Positions 1 to 11,300 of a DNA stretch of 64,000 nucleotides are shown one piece after another. Position numbers and translations under genes: made by a program. The stretch is from Pelagomonas calceolata. Lineage: Eukaryota. Within the stretch, counting starts at the first letter, position 1. Every line of letters starts with the position of its first letter. Location of the stretch: the NCBI GenBank assembly GCA_918797485.1, contig CAKKNE010000004.1, positions 4,402,001 to 4,466,000 of the forward strand, given 5' to 3'. The notes under the pieces were generated by a model. The model worked only from the letters and a program-made list of their open reading frames with translations, did not search any database and was not told the DNA's origin.

Positions 1-298
1 GACGGTGCAGCCGCGCCACCGCTTCATGTCCGCGTACGAGCAGCGCGTCGAGCCGCCGGACAAGAACTACCAGTATCTACTCTTCGCCTGCGAGCCGTAT
101 GAAACGATCGGTTTTAAAGTGCCAAATGACGCCGTCGACAAGGGCGAGGACCGCTTCTTCACGAACTGGGACGTGGTGGGGAAGAAGTTTACGCTGTCCT
201 TGCAGTTCGCCGACGAGGATTTGCGGAAGACTACGCCGGCGCCTGGTTCGGGGGGCGGGAAGCACCGCGCGGACCTGCGCTACGACATGAAGTACTAA
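1..298 (+). CDS. SF3A2: Splicing factor 3A subunit 2 (SAP62/Prp11), 3' part; 5'-truncated by the window edge
   Basis: PRHRFMSAYEQRVEPPDKNYQYLLFACEPYETIGFKVPN matches the conserved SF3A2 C-terminal domain; stop TAA at 296-298. Confidence 0.92.
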   Translation, partial: TVQPRHRFMSAYEQRVEPPDKNYQYLLFACEPYETIGFKVPNDAVDKGEDRFFTNWDVVGKKFTLSLQFADEDLRKTTPAPGSGGGKHRADLRYDMKY

Positions 299-766
299 GA
301 ATCGTAGGTTATTCTTCGCGTCGACGGCGTGGCGATCGGGGGTTCGCGCACGCGGCCAGGCTCCTTGCGCCGGCTCCAGAGTCATTGCTTGGTTCGCGGT
401 GCTGACGACGCGCCGCCACGGCGGCCCGGCCGATGCCGAGGTCCCCGTCGGCGGGAAGGTTCTTTGCGAGTACACCATACCCACCGGTACGCCGTCGCCG
501 CGACCCGCAAGCTCACGGCCTCACGGCCTGCCGCCATTTCCCCCTCAACGGATAAGGGCAGCGCCGAGAGCGGCGCCCTCGCAAATACGAAGCAGCGCTG
601 TGGCCAGGGCGCCGGGGCAGCAAGAGGCAAACCTCCACGACTCTCCGGAGACGCCAGGACGCGCCCGGCGCACGAAGAAGCTGCCAGGAGCCGCGCTAGG
701 CAGGCGGCCACTACCAAAGGCAGCGGTGCCGCAGCGGTGCCGGCGAGGCTGCCCCGCGCACACAAG

Positions 767-2530
767 ATGGACGACGAGCTCCCCCCCCTCGCCCGCGACA
801 GCGCATCACCGCCGCGGCGCCTCATGCACGCGCCCGATTTGGGACCGGCCCCCAGCGTCCCAGACGTCGACGCGAACATCGGCCGAAAGGATTTGAGGTA
901 CGACGCCCTCGTCGAGGCCGTCCGGCGCCAGAACTGGGCCTGCGCGAAGCGCAAGAAGCGCAAAGCTTTACCGGTCAAGCGGAGCACGGAGGACGTCGAG
1001 AGCCAGTCGACGGCCTTTTCTACCAGTACTGGTATACAGATAGCCCAGATAAAGAAGTGCTGCGAGTTCATTGACCAGACCTTTGGCGACGGCGACGGCG
1101 AGATCTCCTTGCCGGAGCTCGAGGCGGCTTTTCGACGAATGAGGAGGGAACGGGCGGCGGTTCGGCTGCGGGAGCGCGGCAGAGCTCTCGGCCGACGCCT
1201 AGCTGTTTTGTTAAGAAGAAGGGGCCACGACTGCGTGTCCTTCGTGAAGTGCGTCGATGCTGGTTCGAAGGATGGGAAACTCACACCGGTCGAGTTGGAA
1301 AGAGGTATCAAGAAGTACGTCGACGAGGACAAGCAGATGGTCTCGTCGGGCGCGCTCGGTGCGGCTGGAAGTGCGGATCTTGGGTTGGACTCGACGTCGC
1401 GCGCGGTCATCGCCCAACACAGAAGGGAGATGCGCGACCGTATCAAAGATGACGCCGCCGCGTTGATAGCTTTAGAACAGTCCGCTGTTCTAGATGACTC
1501 CTTCGGCGTGTCCGACGCCACGACGCAAAACCTCAAAGGGAAAATAACGTTCTCGGGCCAGGACATCACCGACTTGATTCGCTTCTTAGACCCGAACGCC
1601 GACGGCGACGTCTCCGCGACGGAACTCCAAGCAGGCTTGGACCTGGCCAAAGCGCCGCCCCCGCAACAGAGTTTTTGTGACGACTCCTTCGTCCTGATGA
1701 ACAAGTTCGAAGCGTCGATGAAGAAAAAAGCACAAACTGTGGTTAGATTGTTCCACGAGATCGACGCCGACCGCAGCGGCAAGCTCGATATTAGGGAGCT
1801 CGGGGTGGCCTTAGATGCGCTCGCGGGGCCTTCTGCCCGAGAGCGGGCGCTGAAAAAGCTCGCTGAAAAGCGGGAGCGCCAGGAGCGCGAGCGCCAGCGG
1901 AAGGAGGAAGCCGATCGACTTGCGAGAGAAGCGCGGAAGGCCAAGGCCGAGGCCGCCGGCGCGCCTCGAGTGTTGGGTCGCATCGACGCGATTCTCAAAC
2001 AAAAGGACCTCAGAATCATCGACCTGTTCAGCGCGTCGGGCTTCGACACGTCCGGGGACGGGTTGCTGAGCGCCGAGGAGATGCGGGGCGCGCTCGCGAA
2101 GGCGGGGTTGAAGCTGAATCGCATCGAAGCGCGGGCGCTGATCGAGTACTTGGATGATGACAATTCCGGCGAGATCGACGCGAAAGAACTCGAGAACGCC
2201 CTCCGCCAGTGGCGCCGCGACTTCAGCGAGGAGCACGCCCACCCGAAGCCCCACGAGATGTCCAAAAATCATGCCCTGATGGCCGCGAAAGCGGCAAGAG
2301 CCCGCCTGCACGAGAAGTCGCTGCGCGAGCCCGCCGACGGCTTCGACCCCATCGCTTTATGTTTCAGCTACGACTGGCTGCCGACGCTGGACACGTTTCT
2401 GGCGAAGCGGACAGGTCCCCAGGACGGCCACGCGCGGCGCGCCGTCGCGCGGGAGGCGCTCCGCATCAAGCGCGAGCGGCGCGCGGCGGCGCTGGAGGCG
2501 AGCGTGACCGGTGGTGGCGGCGCGGGATAA
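767..2530 (+). CDS. Multi-EF-hand calcium-binding protein
   Basis: Several EF-hand loops (DPNADGDVSATE, DADRSGKLDIRE, DTSGDGLLSAEE, DDDNSGEIDAKE); first ATG at 767, and the ORF extension to 329 looks non-coding. Confidence 0.8.
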   Translation: MDDELPPLARDSASPPRRLMHAPDLGPAPSVPDVDANIGRKDLRYDALVEAVRRQNWACAKRKKRKALPVKRSTEDVESQSTAFSTSTGIQIAQIKKCCEFIDQTFGDGDGEISLPELEAAFRRMRRERAAVRLRERGRALGRRLAVLLRRRGHDCVSFVKCVDAGSKDGKLTPVELERGIKKYVDEDKQMVSSGALGAAGSADLGLDSTSRAVIAQHRREMRDRIKDDAAALIALEQSAVLDDSFGVSDATTQNLKGKITFSGQDITDLIRFLDPNADGDVSATELQAGLDLAKAPPPQQSFCDDSFVLMNKFEASMKKKAQTVVRLFHEIDADRSGKLDIRELGVALDALAGPSARERALKKLAEKRERQERERQRKEEADRLAREARKAKAEAAGAPRVLGRIDAILKQKDLRIIDLFSASGFDTSGDGLLSAEEMRGALAKAGLKLNRIEARALIEYLDDDNSGEIDAKELENALRQWRRDFSEEHAHPKPHEMSKNHALMAAKAARARLHEKSLREPADGFDPIALCFSYDWLPTLDTFLAKRTGPQDGHARRAVAREALRIKRERRAAALEASVTGGGGAG

Positions 2531-2681
2531 GGTGTTTTCTTTATCTTGCTTTGCTTAGAGCTAGGCCTGCCGCGCGGGTGTTGCACTTCTGGCCCAGAGT
2601 TTAAGCTGAGGCTAAAGCCAGATAACTCGGCGACGAGTGATATATTGTTACGGTGCTAGGACTAGTCAGCGACGAGCGTTG

Positions 2682-2746
2682 CAGGCTCAGGCTAGTTACG
2701 TCGCAGGGTCCCCCGTACCCCTCCCGCTCCCCCCGGGCCCACCCGT
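2682..2746. repeat. 65-bp dispersed C-rich repeat, copy 1 (G4-like on minus strand)
   Basis: 64/65 identical to 62016-62080. Confidence 0.9.
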
Positions 2747-2764
2747 CCGGCTGGACTCTGCATT

Positions 2765-2788
2765 CCTAGTGTCTTACAGACCGCTAGC
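2765..2788 (+). promoter_or_regulatory. 24-bp intergenic CTAG-bipartite motif copy
   Basis: cctagtgtcttacagaccgctagc; 85 bp upstream of ATG 2874; function inferred only. Confidence 0.6.
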
Positions 2789-2873
2789 TCAGGCAGAGCC
2801 ACACAAAACGAGCGGGTACACAATCAGCAGGTGCTAGGAGTGGTCAAACGCCATCGCAGCGACACCAGCAATA

Positions 2874-4175
2874 ATGGCTCACCGGGGCTGCAAGGTCTTC
2901 CCGCTCGTCAAAGAGGTAAGAGCTTATGTAAAAGAGGGAGACGGAGACCAGGGCGCCGACTGTCATGACGTCGCCGACGAGCACTGGATCAACGGCACCG
3001 ATCCGTCGACGGGTAACACCCCAATAGCGAACCCCATGAGCGGCTACGCGCAGTACGCCGGCGCGCGCAAGTCCTGGGGCATCAACGCTCTAGGCGGTCT
3101 GGTGGTGGAGGTCGAGGCCGACGACGGGACGATGGGTGTAGGGGTTACGATCGGCGGCGCCGCCGGCGCGCAGATTGTAGAGAGACACCTGGCGCGCTTT
3201 GTGGAAGGAAGGGACCCGCGCGACGTCGAGTCGATCTGGGACCAGATGTTCCGGGCCACGCTCAACTACGGCCGCAAAGGCCTCGCCGTGCAGTGCCTGT
3301 CGGCCGTGGACCTCGCGCTCTGGGACTTGGTGGGAAAATTGAGGAAAGAGCCCGTCTACGCGCTGCTGGGCGGCCGGACGAAGGCGACGCTGCCCGTCTA
3401 CTGCACGACGGCGCGGCCGGACCTGGCCAAGCAGCTCGGATTCGTGGGCGCGAAAATTCCCTGTCCCTACGGGCCGTCCGCCGGCGATGCGGGGTTTGCG
3501 AAGAACGTGGCGTTCTTCCGGCAGTGGCGCGAGAAGGTCGGCCCGGACTACCCGCTGGCGCTCGATTGTTATATGGCCCTGACGAAGCCCTACGCCATCA
3601 AACTGGGAAGGGCCCTCGAGCCCTACGGGCTGAAGTGGCTCGAGGAGTTCCTGCCGCCCGACGACTACGAAGGCTATAAGGACGTCAAGGCGGCGCTGCC
3701 GGGCGTGCTGCTCTCGACGGCCGAGCACGAGTACACGCGCTACGGGTTTCGACGGCTTCTACGCGATCGAAGCGTGGATATTTTGCAGCCGGACGTGACG
3801 TGGTGCGGCGGCCTCACGGAGGCGCGGCGCGTCGTCGCGATGGCCGCGGCGGACGACGTCCTCGTCGTCCCGCACGGGTCTTCCGTCTACGCGTACCACC
3901 TCCAGTACGCTTTCCCGAACTGTCCGGTGGCCGAGTTCATCAACCTGTCGCCGCGGGGTGATGCGATCGTGCCCTACTTCGGGGGGCTGTTCCCGGACGA
4001 GCCTCTTCCGGCGAACGGCCGCATCGACCTTCCAGATAGACCAGGCTTCGGGGTCACGCTGAACCGAACCGGTCTGCAGCGACCCTATCAACGGACGCCT
4101 GCTGACGTCGCGGCGAATTATAGGGCGAATCAGAACGCTGGCGCGGCGGCGGCGGTGGTGCACATGCCGTTCTAG
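2874..4175 (+). CDS. rhmD: L-rhamnonate dehydratase (enolase/mandelate racemase superfamily)
   Basis: IANPMSGY...SWGINALGGLVVEVEADDG, LDCYM, KWLEE, EHEYT, DILQPD and VVPHGSS motifs of RhmD/LRA3; intronless. Confidence 0.88.
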   Translation: MAHRGCKVFPLVKEVRAYVKEGDGDQGADCHDVADEHWINGTDPSTGNTPIANPMSGYAQYAGARKSWGINALGGLVVEVEADDGTMGVGVTIGGAAGAQIVERHLARFVEGRDPRDVESIWDQMFRATLNYGRKGLAVQCLSAVDLALWDLVGKLRKEPVYALLGGRTKATLPVYCTTARPDLAKQLGFVGAKIPCPYGPSAGDAGFAKNVAFFRQWREKVGPDYPLALDCYMALTKPYAIKLGRALEPYGLKWLEEFLPPDDYEGYKDVKAALPGVLLSTAEHEYTRYGFRRLLRDRSVDILQPDVTWCGGLTEARRVVAMAAADDVLVVPHGSSVYAYHLQYAFPNCPVAEFINLSPRGDAIVPYFGGLFPDEPLPANGRIDLPDRPGFGVTLNRTGLQRPYQRTPADVAANYRANQNAGAAAAVVHMPF

Positions 4176-4214
4176 GACGGCGTTGTAATAAAAGGGGAGT
4201 GTGTGTATTCGTTT

Positions 4215-4238
4215 GCTAGTGTCTTACAGGCCGCTAGC
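4215..4238 (+). promoter_or_regulatory. 24-bp intergenic CTAG-bipartite motif copy
   Basis: gctagtgtcttacaggccgctagc. Confidence 0.6.
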
Positions 4239-4269
4239 CCCGGCGAGTGTCTTGTTTTTTTTTCCTCGC

Positions 4270-5196
4270 GTCGTCTCTCCGACCTACGCGCCGGCGCCGG
4301 CGCCGGTCGAGGAGCCGTGGCAGCCGGCGCAGCCCGCGCGCCGGCGTTCGCGGGCGGCGCGCGAACCCACCGAGCCAAAGCCCCCGACGGGGCGCCGCCG
4401 CGGCACCGTCAAGGTCGTCAAGCCGGGCTATTGTTTCGTGGTGCCCGACGCCGGCGGGCCCGACGTCTTCTGCTCGACGCGGCTGAACGACACGATCGCG
4501 GCCGGCGACCGCCTCGAGTACGACCTCGTGCCGAATGAGGGCCGTAGCGCGCACAAGGCGGGAAACGTGACGATCCTGCCGCGCGCGGCGGTCGGCGCGG
4601 CACCACGGCCGGCGCCCGTCCCCGCGCCGGCGCCCGCGGCGGTCAAGCCCGTCGCCGACAAGCCGGCCCCGCGGTGGTCGAGCGCCGAGGCGGCCCGCGA
4701 CGCCGACGCCCTGGAGTTCTTCTACGAAGGGGACGCGTCGAAGCTCGAGCCGCGCTTCTCGGCCCCTGTGTGTGGAAATCAAATTTTGGGCGCTGCACGC
4801 CATCGACGCGACATGCTTTCAGTAGCTGCGTCTGCGCGATGGCGTGGCGATTCCACGCCATCGACGCGGCGTTGTCCCCGTGGGCGCATCGGCTCGATGG
4901 CATGGAGGCTCACGAAGGTCCATGCAATATTTCTCAGAACCTAACTCACTGGTTGATTTCCACACAGGTCGGCCCAGGACGGCTCGCCGCCAGAGTTTCT
5001 GTGCCCCCTCACGATGGAAGCGATGACCGACCCGGTCTTTGCGGCCGACGGCCACGTGTACGACCGGGCGTCGATCGAGTCCTTCCTCGAGACGCACGAC
5101 ACGAGTCCCCTCACGAACGAGCCGCTGGCGACCAAGTCCCTGACTCCGAACGACGCGCTCCGGTCTCGCTTGCGCGAGCGCGCAACGCTCCTCTAG
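4270..5196 (+). CDS. Cold-shock domain + U-box protein (start codon not found; possibly a pseudogene or 5'-incomplete)
   Basis: CSD (GTVKVVKPGYCFVVPDAGGPDVF...AGNV) and U-box (PPEFLCPLTMEAMTDPVFAADGHVYDRASIE...SPLTNEPL...LTPNDALR) lie in the same frame on either side of an introner; no in-frame ATG upstream of the CSD. Confidence 0.65.
4758..4975 (+). mobile_element. Introner element IE1 (202-bp body 4766-4967 plus 8-bp TSDs)
   Basis: TIRs ctgtgtgtggaaatcaa / ttgatttccacacag; TSD ctcggccc (4758-4765) / gtcggccc (4968-4975); CTAAC branch-point-like motif near the 3' end. Confidence 0.92.
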
Positions 5197-5304
5197 TGTA
5201 ACATCACCATGATTCAATGATTTCTGGTGTCAAGCATTACTGCAGTGGATGGGGGGCAGGGGTGGTTATGTACAGAGTCCGGGCGCGGGCGGTCAGGGGC
5301 CACT

Positions 5305-8300
5305 TCACGGCGGACCATCCTCCAACGACGAAGTCGACGCCGCCGGGACCGGCGTCGGGCACTCGCACGGCAGCCGTTGGAGGCATACTCGGCAGTGCAG
5401 TGGTGGTTGCAGAGTGGGGCGAAATAATCCGGGCGCGCCAGGCGGCGTCGATGCCGGTCCGTCTTCCGGCCATACAGCGGCCGGTGCTCGGAATGCGGCA
5501 GATGTTGTCGCGGCACGAAGGGCGGAGCGCGCCGCGGTCGTGGCGCGGCTCTGGGTGCCCGCCGGCGTCGCAACTGGTCCATCTTCCGCGTCAGCACGCA
5601 CCGCCGCACGGAACGTGGCCGTCGTCGTCACTGCGTGAAGAGCGGAGCGCGCCGTGTCCGACGCGCGACTGCGCGAGCCGGTTGTGGGCGGTCCGTCTTC
5701 CGGCGCCCAGTCGGCCGCCATAGCGGACGTGGCCAGGAGGCGGAGAGCGGAATCGATCACCCGCGCCTTCTCCTCCGCCGCCACGCCGTCGGCGGGCGCG
5801 AGGACCTTCTCGCTGAGCCATCCCTGCGCATCGCCGGCCACGACGCGGCAGCGCGCCGCGCCCGTCCTCGTCACGCCGCGTTCATACACGACGACGTGTG
5901 AGCCCCGGGGCAAGTCGCCGACGTGCGGCGAGTCCATCTCGACGCCCGCTCGCAGGCGGCCACCCGCCCGGCCCACGACGGTAAATATCGACGGTGCCGC
6001 GGGGCGCAGCGCCTGCGGCGCCATCGCCGAGCGCGTGATAACACGGGGCGCCGCTGCCGGCGGAGCAGGCGCGGCGGCGGCGGGCGCAGCGGCGGCGGGC
6101 GATGGAGTAGATGCCGCAGCCGGTGGTGGCGGGGGGCGCGTCGCCGCTTGCGGCGCCGCCCCTCTCCCTATCACTTCACGCGTGATCGCCTGGGCCGCCG
6201 GCGTCGGCGCATCTTCACGAACAACGCGCTTGAGCGACGCCAGGCGCGACTGAAACTCGTGTCGAGCTGAAGGTGCCGGTGCCGCAGCAGGCACAGCGGC
6301 GGGCCGGTGGTGGGGCCCGCGCGCGGGCTGGGGCGCCGGTGCCGGCGCCGGAGCTGGGCGCTGGAACCACCTGGGCTTCGGCTTCGGCTTTTGCGCAACT
6401 GGAGCCGGCGCCGGCGCCAATGCCCGCGGCGGTGCAGCGCGCGTATTCGTCGCCGGTGCAGGCGCGGCGGCCGGCGCGGGCGCTGGCGCGGCCGCCGCGT
6501 CCGCTTTGGTCCCCTTGGTCGGAGGGGTCGTCGGTCGCTCGAGCGTCGACGCGTGGTCTTCGTCTTCAGAAGAGCTGCCTTCGCTTTTGTATTGGATGTC
6601 CGCCACCTGGTCGGCAGCCTTCTCCTCCTCCGCCGGGGGCGCCGCTCCTCGCCCTATTGCGGGGCGCGTCGTCGTGGGGGGTGCCGGCGCTGGTGCCGGA
6701 GCAGGTTGGCCCTTGACCACGTTCTTCGCAGGCGTCGGCGCTGGCTCGGGCTGAGCCACGGGTTTATGTTGCGCAGCGCGACTCGTGGGAAACCAACTGC
6801 GCTTCTTCTTGGCCGCGGGCGCGGGTGATGGTGCGGTCGCTGGCTTCGCCGATGGCTTCGCGGGTGGCGTTTTCTTCGGCGGCGCTCCGGCTTCTCCATC
6901 ATGTGGACCGGCCTTCGACTCGGCGACGCCGCGCTCCGTTTTCGCCTCGGCAGCACCGGGCTCCGCCTTCGCCTCGGCAACACCGGGCTCCACCTTCGCC
7001 TCGGCAACAGCTGTCGTCGTCGCGGGCGCGGCTGCGGGTGCGTCGGCCGGCGGCGCCGTCCCTCGCCCTATCTCCGCGCGCGTCGTCGCCTGAGCCGCTG
7101 GCGCCGGTGCCAGGACAGGCTCGCCCTTGACGTCGGGCGCCCCGGCTGGCGCAGGTGTTGCCGGCGGCGCCGCTCCTTGCCCTATCGCGGCGCGCGTGGT
7201 CGGCTTGGCCGCCGGCGCCGAAGCGGACTGGGCGACCTGTTTGGGTTTCGCAGTGCGCATCGGGAACCAACCGCGCTTCTTGGCCGCGGGCACGGGGGCT
7301 GGCGCGGTCGTCGGCTTCGCCGCGGGCTTCGCCTCGGGCTTCGCGGGTGGCGCTTGCTTCGGCTGCGCTTCGGACGTTCTTTCGGCGGACTCCGCCTTCG
7401 CCTCGGCGACACCGCGCTCCGTTTTTGCCTCGGCCACACCGCTCGCCGGCCCGGGTGCGGGCGCCGCCGCCGTCGTTGCAGGTGCGGGTGCAGGCGCCGG
7501 CGGCGCCGTCCCTCGCCCTATCTCCGCCCGCGCCGCTTGGGCCGCCGGCGCCGGTGCCTGCCCCGGTGGCGTCGTCGGTGCCGCTGGCGCCGGTGCGGGC
7601 CGGGCGGCGGGTTTCTGCGCGGCGCGGCCCTTGGGGAACCAGCTGCGCTTCTTGGTCGCCGGCGTCGGTGGTTTGCGAGCGTCTGGCTTTTTCGCAGGCG
7701 GCGCTTTCTTGGGCGGCTGCTTCTTGGGCACAGCCTGTTTGGCCGGCGCCTTCTTGGGCGGCGCTTTCTTGCGCCGCGCCTCGGGCTCTTCCTCCGCGGC
7801 GGGCTCCTCGGCCTTGGCTTCCGGGACGCCGCCGTCGGATGCGGCTTCGACGCTGCGCGTTTGCCGAGCGGCCACCACTTTCTTGGCACCTATGATCGAC
7901 AAGAGCCAGTTCCCCTTCGTCTTATTGTCGGCCTCCGGCGGTGGCGGCGCATCGTCGTCGTCGTCACCGGGAGGCGGGGGCAGCGCTTCTTCCTCGTCCT
8001 CATCGGGCGGAGGCGGCGCTTCCTCGTCGTCGTCCTCATCGGGCGGAGGCGGTGGCGCCTCCTCGTCGTCACTAGGAGGCGGCGGCGGCGCCTCGACGTC
8101 TGCGTCCGCGGGCGACGTCTTCTTGTGGTGATGGTGGTGCTTCTTATGAACCGCCGGCGCCTCGACGTCGACGCGCGCCTCCTGCTGGAGCGGCATCTCG
8201 CGCACGAGCGGTGCGGATGCCGGCGCGGGCCGCGGCAGCCAGCCCATCTTTCCATCCGCGGTGCGCCCCCACTCGCGCGCGGGCGGCGCCAGCCAGCCCT

Positions 8301-11300
8301 CCTTTTGATCCAGGAGCGACGGCCCCTCGTCGCCGTGCGGCGTCACGACGACCTGCGCCGCAGCGTCGTCGTCGTCGTCGTCCTCGTCGTCACCACCATC
8401 CTCATCACCGCCAAAGAACGCCTTCTTCTTGCCCCTGCCTGTGAGCTTGTCTTTGGCGGTCTTGGCGGCGGCCTTGGCCTTGGCCTGCAGCTCCTTTGCC
8501 TTATCTTGCACGTCCTTAGCGCTCTTGATGTTGAGGTTCTCGACCGCGAGCGTGTAGAACGTCACCGTGAGCGTCATCGTCCCGATGATTACCATCAGCG
8601 CCGCGAAGAGCGGTCCCTTGAACAGATTTCCCGGCGCGCCGTCCTGCTCCGGCATGGTCTTGACGAACAGCACGAGCGACGCGACGAACAGGAGCAATAT
8701 CTGCAGCTGGCCCAGCTTCGCGAGGCGGTCGTCGCTATCCTCGATGTAGGGGTTATACTCGCTCATGACGTGGCTCGAGATGATGGCAATAAACAGACCG
8801 ACGACGACTTGCGTCGCCGAGCCATTGTAAACAAAAATCAACAATCCCGTGAGCGCGAGGCGCCGCAAACACTCGAAGACGACAAATAAGTAACAGCGCG
8901 GCTCGAACTCCCCGAAGAGAAAAGCGAGGTGCTGTATGTCGTGGTCGTCGGCGCGCAACTCCATTTTCCGCTCTTGGATTTCGTCCAGACTGAGGGCGAC
9001 CATCTCGACGTGCTCGAAGGCCTTGTGGCGCAAATCGCGCATCGACTCCGACTCCTTCTCGCGAAACTTGAAGTAGGCCTGTTCCTGCGGCGTCTCCGGA
9101 GCCATGCCTAGCCGGTATTTGGACGTGAGGTTGTGGCGCCGCTCGTCGACGTCAGGATTGATGCCCTTGCGCCACCACAGCAGCTCAAGTAGATACCACG
9201 ACGGAATGCCAATGGGGTAAATGAAAACCATGATCCAGGCGTAGCCCTTCCACTTCTCGTACGTCGGACTCTCGCATGAGATGCTGTGGTCCGCCTGCAT
9301 CACCTTGAACTTGACGCTCGCGCCGTCCCCGTCTCTGCTCTGATACTCGACGCAGTTGAAGAAGCGCAGTACCGTCGTCGAGACGCCAGTAAACACAACG
9401 TACGTGAGTAGAAGGAACCAGCTGTACGCGTAGATCCAGGCGGCTCGCCGTTCGGCCGGGTCCCGTCGCGCCAAGGACGCAAGCTTACCGAACACGAGAA
9501 TGATGCCGGCCAGGACTAGCGGAATCATCGTTGACGCGAAGAGCTTGTCGAAGAAATTGTGCGGCATCGCGCACTCCATGGGAATGATTCGCACGAGATC
9601 GAGTTCGATGAACGACAGCCAGTTCACAAGTGCCTCGAAGGCGTCCGGGTACGACACGAAGGGCAGTGTCCACGGCAACGCGTTCTGTATTTGATACACT
9701 GCGATCAAAATTTTAAGCTTCGTCTGCACGCTCTCCCAGAACGTCTTGCGGCGCTCCTCCTCCTCTTCCTCTGCCGCCTTTTCTGCGTCTTCCTCCTCGT
9801 CGACTTCCTTAGTGGAGCTCCCTTCGTCCTCCTCCTCGTCCTTCTTCGCGAGTATGTCCGTCGCCGCGCCCGTCGCAGCTCCCACGACCATCTCGTTGAT
9901 CTCGGTCGGCGCCTTGGATAACACGCTGTTGGCACCCCTCCCGACCGCGGCGACGCCGTCGAGGCCGTCCGTAGCCACGGACAAAGCGTTTGCTTCCGCC
10001 AGCCGCTTCGCGACTTCGTTGCCCTCGCCTAGGATGTCGATGTCTTTGCGCCCGGCGTCGATTGCCATGCTCCGGAGTTTCTCCTCGGCCGCGCCGAACG
10101 TCTTGGCGAAAAGCTCGGGCCGCCGCTGCTTGAAGACGTATAACGAGCCGACGATGAGGAGGAGGAGGCAAATTCCGGACACGATGGCAATCGGGTGGGC
10201 GCGGAAGGACCCGCATTTGAGACATCGCGAACCGATCGCCGAATAGTAGAAGCCGGACGCGCACACACGGCACGTCACGCCCTTGTGCCCCTCGGTGCAG
10301 AGGCCACCCTTGCAGCTGACCGCAGACTCGCATTTGTATATGTCCTTCGAGAATTCCGATTCCCGCCACCAGCCGTCGTCGATCACGACGCCCCGCAGCG
10401 TGTTGTTTGCTGGATTATCGCAATCCATTCCGCGCTCGCAGGGAAGGCAGCACTTATCGAAGCACGCGGTGTCGTCCTTGTCTTGGCACTGGGCCTCGAG
10501 CGCGGCCGCGTCGTCGCAGCGCACCGGGTCCTTGCCGTCGCGGCCGTCGTAGATCGGGAAAGGCGAGAAGAAGGAGCCGGCGCTGCACGTGTAGCAGCCC
10601 GTCGCGCCCGCCGCCATCGTCGTGCTGGGCGACGGGCACTTGACGCATTGGTCGTCGACCTGGTACTCGCCCCTCGCACACGGCTCGCAGAAGGCCTCGT
10701 AGAACACGCCACTCTTCCTCGCGTTCTCGACGGTACCCGCGGGACACACGCCCTTGGTGCAGCTTTCGCCGCTAAACCCGGCGAAGCACGTGCACTTGCC
10801 CGTCCCGGCGACCCCGTCGTCGCAGGTGCCCCGGCTCCGGCCGCTGCCGGCGACGCCGCACGTGTCAGTGATGCGGGGCATGTTGTTGGTCTCGTTGCCG
10901 CCCTCGGGGCAGAGGTCGCACGTAGCCCCGAAGTAGCCCGTCTGACACCGCTCGCACTGCTCGCCAGCGATGCCCGTGAGGCAGTTGCACGACGGCAGAA
11001 GCATCACGTTGTCGTCGCAGATTCCCCGACCGTTGCACGACGTGGGACTGCTGATGCAATGGCCGTTCGCGTAGTACGCGACGGCGGCTCCGTTTCCCAC
11101 GACGAGATCGAGATCACCGTCGCCGTCGAGATCCACGAACGCGGGCTTCCGAGCTATCCCGTCCGTGTCGTCGCCGACTTCGAGCCACGCCTCGCTCTCG
11201 GCCACGAATCGAGGCGCCAGCGCGCTTCCCACGTTCTCGTATTGCATGAGCGTCCCGCCGCGCTCCCCGAGGAATAGGTCGAGGTCGCCATCTCCGTCGA

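Noticed and set aside
329..766. N-terminal ORF extensions from GTG/TTG/CTG starts (also 29614-29898, 43301-43561, 46976-47323)
   Set aside because: Eukaryotic context; the extensions lack coding-like composition and better ATGs lie downstream
382..2265. 627-aa minus-strand ORF and many similar long antisense ORFs (e.g. 6901-8889, 11476-13002)
   Set aside because: Shadow ORFs of real genes caused by high GC and codon bias; no recognisable domains
4215..4238. TCTTACAG|G in the motif as a trans-splice or cis-splice acceptor
   Set aside because: It resembles an acceptor, but the base after AG varies, one copy is antisense to both neighbouring genes, and the flanking CTAG symmetry is not explained by splicing; not supportable without RNA data
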